NCBI RefSeq assembly: GCF_030538595.1
Contig: NZ_JAUNTS010000003.1
Span: 134,171 to 198,170 of the forward strand
Source: Kocuria sp.
GTDB lineage: Bacteria > Actinomycetota > Actinomycetes > Actinomycetales > Micrococcaceae
Reading direction: 5' to 3'
DNA length: 64,000 bases
Notes under the pieces: model-generated
The model's input: the letters and a program-made list of their open reading frames with translations, nothing else
What the model was told of the DNA's origin: nothing
Database searches by the model: none
Part shown: one piece after another, positions 59,069 to 64,000 of the stretch
Position numbering within the stretch: position 1 is the stretch's first letter
How the letters are laid out: every line of letters starts with the position of its first letter
Translations under genes and position numbers: made by a program

Positions 59069-59121
59069 CCGTGCGCAGTTTGATACCGCATCAGCGCTCA
59101 TGAGGTATCAAACTGCGCACG
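59069..59121. terminator. Perfect 19-bp stem hairpin between tRNA-Ser and the convergent peptidase gene
   Basis: CCGTGCGCAGTTTGATACC-N16-GGTATCAAACTGCGCACGG, followed by a second small GGGG...CCCC hairpin; no strong T-tract. Confidence 0.5.
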
Positions 59122-59158
59122 GTCTGCGCTCACGGGGCTGAAGCACCCCAGCACACCA

Positions 59159-61291
59159 TCAGTCCAACGTTCCCGTGACAGCTCTCCACAGGAATTGCGT
59201 GGACAGGGCATGGGAGCGGGCGGCCTGTTTGTTGTCCCCGGCACCGGCGTGGCCACCCTCCAGAGTTTCGTGGAACCACACGTTGGGATGGCCCTGTTCC
59301 TGCATCAGCGCTGCCATCTTGCGGGCTTGGACGGGACCAACACGGTCGTCACTGGTGGCGGTCCAGAAGAGGACGGGTGGGTATTCGGCGTCGTCACGTA
59401 CCAGGTGATAGGGAGAAAACGTGCGCATGAACTCCCAATCAGCCGGATCATCCGGGTCTCCGTACTCCGCGATCCAGGAGGTTCCGGCCGAGAGTTTGGT
59501 GTAACGCCGCATGTCCAGCAGAGGTACGCCGCAGGAGATGCCACCGAACAACTCCGGATAACTCACCAACATGTTGCCCACCAACAGCCCTCCGTTGGAC
59601 CCACCGGAACAGGCCAAAGTGGCGGGTGTGCAGACCCCACGGTCATGAAGGTCGCGGGCCACGGCCGCAAAGTCCTGGTAAGCGCGGTGCCGGTTTTCCT
59701 TCAGAGCTGCCCGGTGCCAATCAGGTCCGAACTCCCCGCCGCCGCGGATATTGGCCACCACGTAAACCCCGGTGCGACCAGGTGCCACGGGACCGTCGTC
59801 GTTGGCATGAGTGGAGTGAGCGCGGGTGAGCCAGGAGCGTCCCGTGACCCCTGAGTAGGCGGGAGTGCGGGAAACTTCAAAGCCGCCGTAGCCGGAAAGC
59901 AGCACGGGGTTGCGGCCATCCAGCACCAACTCGCGCGGCCCCACTTGGTAATACGGCACCTTCGTGCCGTCCGCGGAGGTGGCCCAGTGCTGCTCCACGC
60001 TGAGCGCCTGCGCATCAAAAAACGACGGCGCCCGCTTGACCTCCCGCGGTGGCGCACTCTCTGCGGGGGTCCCCACAGTGCCACGGAGCACGGTGGTGGG
60101 GGAGAGGAAACCGGAGGTGGAAACCCAGACATCGTTGCCGTGCTGGGGATCCTCGTCATCCACGGCCCACACCGATGTGGAGTGATGGTGCAGGTCAACC
60201 CCGTATTGCGTTGAGGTCCACGTGCCCGGGCTCACCACCTGGATGGCGGAGGAGACATTGTGCAGCAGTTGGAGCACCAGGTGATCGGCAGTCCAGGACC
60301 ACCCCTGCAAGCTGGTGTGCTCGGTGGGTTCAAAAACCACGGAGAGCGCGGTTTTCCCGGACTGAAATGCCTCCAACTGTGCGGCCAGCAAAGTACCGGG
60401 TGCGTAGGTTTGGCCGTTGGTTTCCCAGGGTTCTTGGGGGCGCAAGAGCAACCACTGTTTGTGAATCTGGACCTCCACGGATTCCGGCACGTCAATGGGA
60501 ACCGGGGTTCCCTCCGCATCCAGGATGTAGGTGACGGAGCGGAAAAAGTCGATCACGTCCATGGCCAGCGTGCGCTCGAACCCCGGAGTGTGGTCCTTGC
60601 CGGCCCAAGCCTGAACGTGGTGGTGCGGCACCTGAAAAACCACGGGAGCATCGCCCAGTGCCATGCCGCGTTTCAGGCGCCGGACTTGCGCGGGGTAGGA
60701 GGAAGCGGTGAGCGTCCCCGGGCCCGTGTCCGTGGCCACCAGCAAGGTGTCTGCGTCCTCCCAGGAGGCAGAGGTTTTGGCCACGGGTAGGTCGAATCCG
60801 CCGTCCTCGGGGGCCACAAAGCGGCGTTGAATGAGATCGAACTCCCGAACTCGGCGGGCATCTCCGCCATCCGGGGTCATGGAGATCAGCGCACGGCGCC
60901 AGTGACCGTCCGTGTACTGCGGGCGCAGGAGGCGTGATCCAGCCCAGACCCAGGGGATCTGTTCGCGGGCGGCCAGTTGGTCAAGGTCAAGCAGAACATC
61001 CCACTGAGGATTGTCACCAACCCAGGAATCCCAGGTGGTGCGGCGGAACAGGCCGCGGGGGTGGTCGGCGTCGCGCCAGAAGTTGTAGTAAAAATCGCCC
61101 TGTTTGGACACCATGGGGATCTTGTCCGTGGAGTCCATGACCTCCAAAGCGCGCGCTTCCAACTCTTTCAGGTCTTCTGTGACCAGCAGGTCTTCTGTGC
61201 GTTGGTTGTGGCGCGTGACCCAGTCCATGGCCTGGGGGCTGTGGATGTCTTCCAGCCACAGAAAGTTGTCGTGCGGAGCCTCAGCTGTCAT
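59159..61291 (-). CDS. Prolyl oligopeptidase family (S9A) serine peptidase
   Basis: 710 aa; N-terminal beta-propeller and a C-terminal alpha/beta hydrolase with GGSNGGLL (GxSxGG) nucleophile motif. Confidence 0.88.
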   Translation of the reverse strand: MTAEAPHDNFLWLEDIHSPQAMDWVTRHNQRTEDLLVTEDLKELEARALEVMDSTDKIPMVSKQGDFYYNFWRDADHPRGLFRRTTWDSWVGDNPQWDVLLDLDQLAAREQIPWVWAGSRLLRPQYTDGHWRRALISMTPDGGDARRVREFDLIQRRFVAPEDGGFDLPVAKTSASWEDADTLLVATDTGPGTLTASSYPAQVRRLKRGMALGDAPVVFQVPHHHVQAWAGKDHTPGFERTLAMDVIDFFRSVTYILDAEGTPVPIDVPESVEVQIHKQWLLLRPQEPWETNGQTYAPGTLLAAQLEAFQSGKTALSVVFEPTEHTSLQGWSWTADHLVLQLLHNVSSAIQVVSPGTWTSTQYGVDLHHHSTSVWAVDDEDPQHGNDVWVSTSGFLSPTTVLRGTVGTPAESAPPREVKRAPSFFDAQALSVEQHWATSADGTKVPYYQVGPRELVLDGRNPVLLSGYGGFEVSRTPAYSGVTGRSWLTRAHSTHANDDGPVAPGRTGVYVVANIRGGGEFGPDWHRAALKENRHRAYQDFAAVARDLHDRGVCTPATLACSGGSNGGLLVGNMLVSYPELFGGISCGVPLLDMRRYTKLSAGTSWIAEYGDPDDPADWEFMRTFSPYHLVRDDAEYPPVLFWTATSDDRVGPVQARKMAALMQEQGHPNVWFHETLEGGHAGAGDNKQAARSHALSTQFLWRAVTGTLD

Positions 61292-61345
61292 GTTCCGAGC
61301 GTAGGGGCGTTAGCCGTGCGGCGCGGCCGTTCTATCCTGGAGGAC

Positions 61346-63502
61346 ATGACCATCCAGCCCCGGAATTCCTCCGATCCGCATGCCCAGTCCGGTTCTGACA
61401 AGGACGCTCACGGTGCTGTTGGAGGTAGGTTCGCAGGCGCGGAATCAGCTGAGCGCACGGGCGTGCCCCGTGTGGTGATTGTTGGTGCAGGTCCCCGGGG
61501 CCTTTCTGCCGTGGAGCGGCTGGTGGCACATGCGCAAGCCACCGGGCAGCGGGTGCACATCGACCTGATTGATCCGTTCCCGCCAGGCCCGGGACACGTG
61601 TGGCGGGTCAAACAGTCACCGCGCTATTTGATGAACACCCCCAGCCTGTTCCCCACGATCATTGCCGACGACGGCGTACTCACCGCAGACACCATCCACC
61701 CCCTGCGGGGTATGACCTTTGAGGCGTGGCGCCAGGCGGTCATCCACACGAGCCTCGGTGCGGGTAGCGGGGCTGACTCGGGGGAAACACCTGACCCATC
61801 TGTGAGTAGTGCATTGAGCCATGAGGACATTGCTCTCCTGGCGGCCATGGAGCCCACTGATTTTCCACAGCGCCGTGTGTACGGACTCTATTTGGCGTGG
61901 GTGTTCAAGACCATCCAGGAACAGCTACCCGCGGGGGTGGAACTGGTGGTGCACCGGGAGGAGGCCGTTGCTGTACGTGCCGTGGACCGGGGAGGCTACC
62001 GGTTTGCAGTGGAGATTTCCGGGCAGCAGGAGCTACCAGCGGATCACGTGGTGTTGGCTCTGGGGCATCTGGATGCGCACCTACGCCGAGACCAGAAAGA
62101 ACTGGTGGACGGTGCCGCCGAACACGGTTTGCATTACCGGCCCCCGGCGGTCCCGGCCGATGTTCGCTGGGAGGAACTACCCGCTGAGCAAACGGTGCTG
62201 GTCCGGGGCATGGGACTGAATTTTCATGACGTCGTCACGGAGCTGACTGAGGGCCGCGGCGGCCGGTTTGAAGCGGCTGCGGATGAATCTGATCGGCTGG
62301 TGTACGTGCCGTCCGGGCATGAGCCGTTTGTGGTGGTGGGTTCCCGGCGTGGCACGCCCTACCGAGCCAAGGCGGAGATCGCCGGGTATTACGCGCGGTC
62401 TTTGGACCACAAGTTCTTGACCCGTGAAGCCGTGGCGGACCTGGCTACGGGCCCGGAACTGGTATTCGACCGGGACCTGCTGCCGTTGGTGCGCAAAGAT
62501 GCCACGCGGGCTTACTACCGGACCCTGGCGCGAGTGCGTCCGGGGGTCTTTGACCGACCGGCGCAGCAGTTCCTTGTGGCGCTGGATGAGGCTTTGGGTC
62601 TGGACGCTGTTGGCCTGGACGGTGCTGTGATTGCGGAGGGAAGTCGGCCAGCAGAGCTGCCAGGGTCTCCGACTGAATCGACCTCCACACCGTGGGATGT
62701 CCGTGTGGAGCGGTTGGTCAATGAGGCCGTGGCCTATGAGAACCGGCTCAATATCAAATGGCAGTCCTTTCCCTTCCTGGATGAGCGATTCACTTCCCAT
62801 GAGCAGTACGCGGCGGCACTGGTGCACTGGCTGGACCGGGACGCCGCAGGTTCAGCTGCCGGTGAGGATGATCCCGCAAAGGTGGCCTTTTCCTCCTTGA
62901 ACTGGTCCCGGACCCTGATCAAGCAGGTGGTTGCTGAACGCGGCCTACAAGATGAGTCTTGGTATGAGGAACTGATGCGCAGTTTCTCTCCCCTGGTGGA
63001 GGGCTTGGCCTCCGGACCGCCGGCATTGCGAATCCGTCAGTTGGCCGCCCTGGCCCGTGCCGGCGTGGTCCGCTTCTTGGGACCAAACCCGGTGTTTCGC
63101 ATTGACGCGGAGCGCGGCTGCTTTGAGGCAAGTTCGCCCTGGGTGGCAGATGAGCCTTACCGGGCAGCTTGGCTGGTGGAAGCCATGTCACCGCCCAATG
63201 AGGTCCGCCGCAACATCTCCCCGCTACTGACCGCCATGCACGACCACGGACTGGTCCGCGCCAAGTCGTTGCACATTGACGACGGAGCTGCGGATGTTCC
63301 CGGCCCCGGGCTGGACGTGACGCCCGCCCCGTACCGAGCGATCGGCACGGACGGTGTGCCCCGGGACATTTGGGTTCTGGGGCTGCAACTGGCCTCCACC
63401 CAGTGGGGTACCTCCATTGCAGCGGAGGCGCACGCCCCGGCGGAACTGGGCTCCCGCACACTGGCTGACGCTGACCGCATGGCAGCTGCGGTATTGAGCT
63501 AA
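61346..63502 (+). CDS. FAD/NAD(P)-binding domain protein (pfam13454-like)
   Basis: Start at ATG 61346; Rossmann motif VVIVGAGPRGLSA; 718 aa. The upstream ORF codons are antisense to the peptidase gene. Confidence 0.7.
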   Translation: MTIQPRNSSDPHAQSGSDKDAHGAVGGRFAGAESAERTGVPRVVIVGAGPRGLSAVERLVAHAQATGQRVHIDLIDPFPPGPGHVWRVKQSPRYLMNTPSLFPTIIADDGVLTADTIHPLRGMTFEAWRQAVIHTSLGAGSGADSGETPDPSVSSALSHEDIALLAAMEPTDFPQRRVYGLYLAWVFKTIQEQLPAGVELVVHREEAVAVRAVDRGGYRFAVEISGQQELPADHVVLALGHLDAHLRRDQKELVDGAAEHGLHYRPPAVPADVRWEELPAEQTVLVRGMGLNFHDVVTELTEGRGGRFEAAADESDRLVYVPSGHEPFVVVGSRRGTPYRAKAEIAGYYARSLDHKFLTREAVADLATGPELVFDRDLLPLVRKDATRAYYRTLARVRPGVFDRPAQQFLVALDEALGLDAVGLDGAVIAEGSRPAELPGSPTESTSTPWDVRVERLVNEAVAYENRLNIKWQSFPFLDERFTSHEQYAAALVHWLDRDAAGSAAGEDDPAKVAFSSLNWSRTLIKQVVAERGLQDESWYEELMRSFSPLVEGLASGPPALRIRQLAALARAGVVRFLGPNPVFRIDAERGCFEASSPWVADEPYRAAWLVEAMSPPNEVRRNISPLLTAMHDHGLVRAKSLHIDDGAADVPGPGLDVTPAPYRAIGTDGVPRDIWVLGLQLASTQWGTSIAAEAHAPAELGSRTLADADRMAAAVLS

Positions 63503-63932
63503 AGCTCCTGCGTAGTAGCAACGTGTGGTGGAATACATACCCTCTTCTGAGTACGTTGTCCGTCAGGCTGGGATTTATAGAGATCACGAGTCGTATTGAC
63601 CCACACCGAGCTTGCTAGCTATCGAAAATCGCTTTGAGAAGGTTCGAGCGTGAAAAAATTTATTCTCAGGAAGATAGATGCACTCCGCGGATCGCTTTGA
63701 CAACAGTCTCAAGTTGATTGGCTATGGGAGTTTCAGTTCTGCGAAAATCCAAAAACTGTGAAAATACCTGACTGAAGGATCTTGATTCAAGAATGTTTCA
63801 CAAAATTACTTTGAAATCAGCCTCCGGTGGTTCAGTGGCGTGCCCGAAGTTCCCACAAGGGGCGATGTTTGCTAGCGTCGCTTTCACCTGCAGGGATGTT
63901 CCACACAGAGAAGCTCTAGCGAGGAGATGATC

Positions 63933-64000
63933 ATGGATCGCCGAACTGTTCTAAAGAGTCTGGGAGTTGCGGGCGTGGTGGGTGTTGGCGCGATTGCGTT
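63933..64000 (+). CDS. Tat-signal-peptide protein, 5' fragment (runs off the window)
   Basis: GAGGAG RBS, then MDRRTVLKSLGVAGVVGVGAIA with a twin-arginine motif. Confidence 0.5.
   Translation, partial: MDRRTVLKSLGVAGVVGVGAIA

Overview
This is a high-GC (~65-70%) actinobacterial chromosomal segment whose gene content suggests Micrococcales; the taxon is an inference. The core of the window is a complete type I-E CRISPR-Cas locus at 17.9-31.3 kb. It comprises cas3, cse1, cse2, cas7e, cas5e, cas6e, cas1 and cas2, followed by a 67-bp leader and an array of about 68 repeats and 67 spacers. The repeat is GTGCTCCCCGCGCAGGCGGGGATGAGCC with a 61-bp period, and the last four repeats are degenerate. 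Upstream of the locus lie mutY (partial), a membrane protein, radA and a FUSC-family protein. A pstSCAB operon with a PHO-box-like direct repeat follows. A DUF559 gene flanked by two copies of a palindromic element then separates pst from a DUF47-pit operon on the opposite strand. Next to tRNA-Lys(TTT) is a degraded island containing an IS3-type OrfA remnant and a frameshifted AbiEi/AbiEii pair. A FetB-like permease and a glutaminase-STAS-cNMP fusion abut cas3. Downstream of the array are a flotillin, vapBC with operator palindromes, an amino-acid ABC transporter plus a Cys/Met PLP enzyme, and DUF805 and DUF418 membrane proteins. A GntR regulator sits divergent to a sarcosine oxidase operon (soxBDAG) followed by purU. 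Two copies of a shared-arm inverted-repeat element bracket a GNAT/DUF2200 pair. Further genes are an LLM oxidoreductase, an asparaginase-like protein, a DsbA-like protein, a POT transporter, an NADP-oxidoreductase, a DoxX/TetR divergent pair, an acyltransferase-SGNH protein, recQ with an extra C-terminal domain, tRNA-Ser(GCT), a prolyl oligopeptidase and an FAD/NAD(P)-binding protein. An unusually AT-rich 420-bp region sits at the window end. The one clearly system-like entity is the canonical type I-E CRISPR-Cas locus. I found no compelling evidence for a genuinely undescribed system, but several unexplained repeat and palindrome elements and gene fusions are flagged in the findings.
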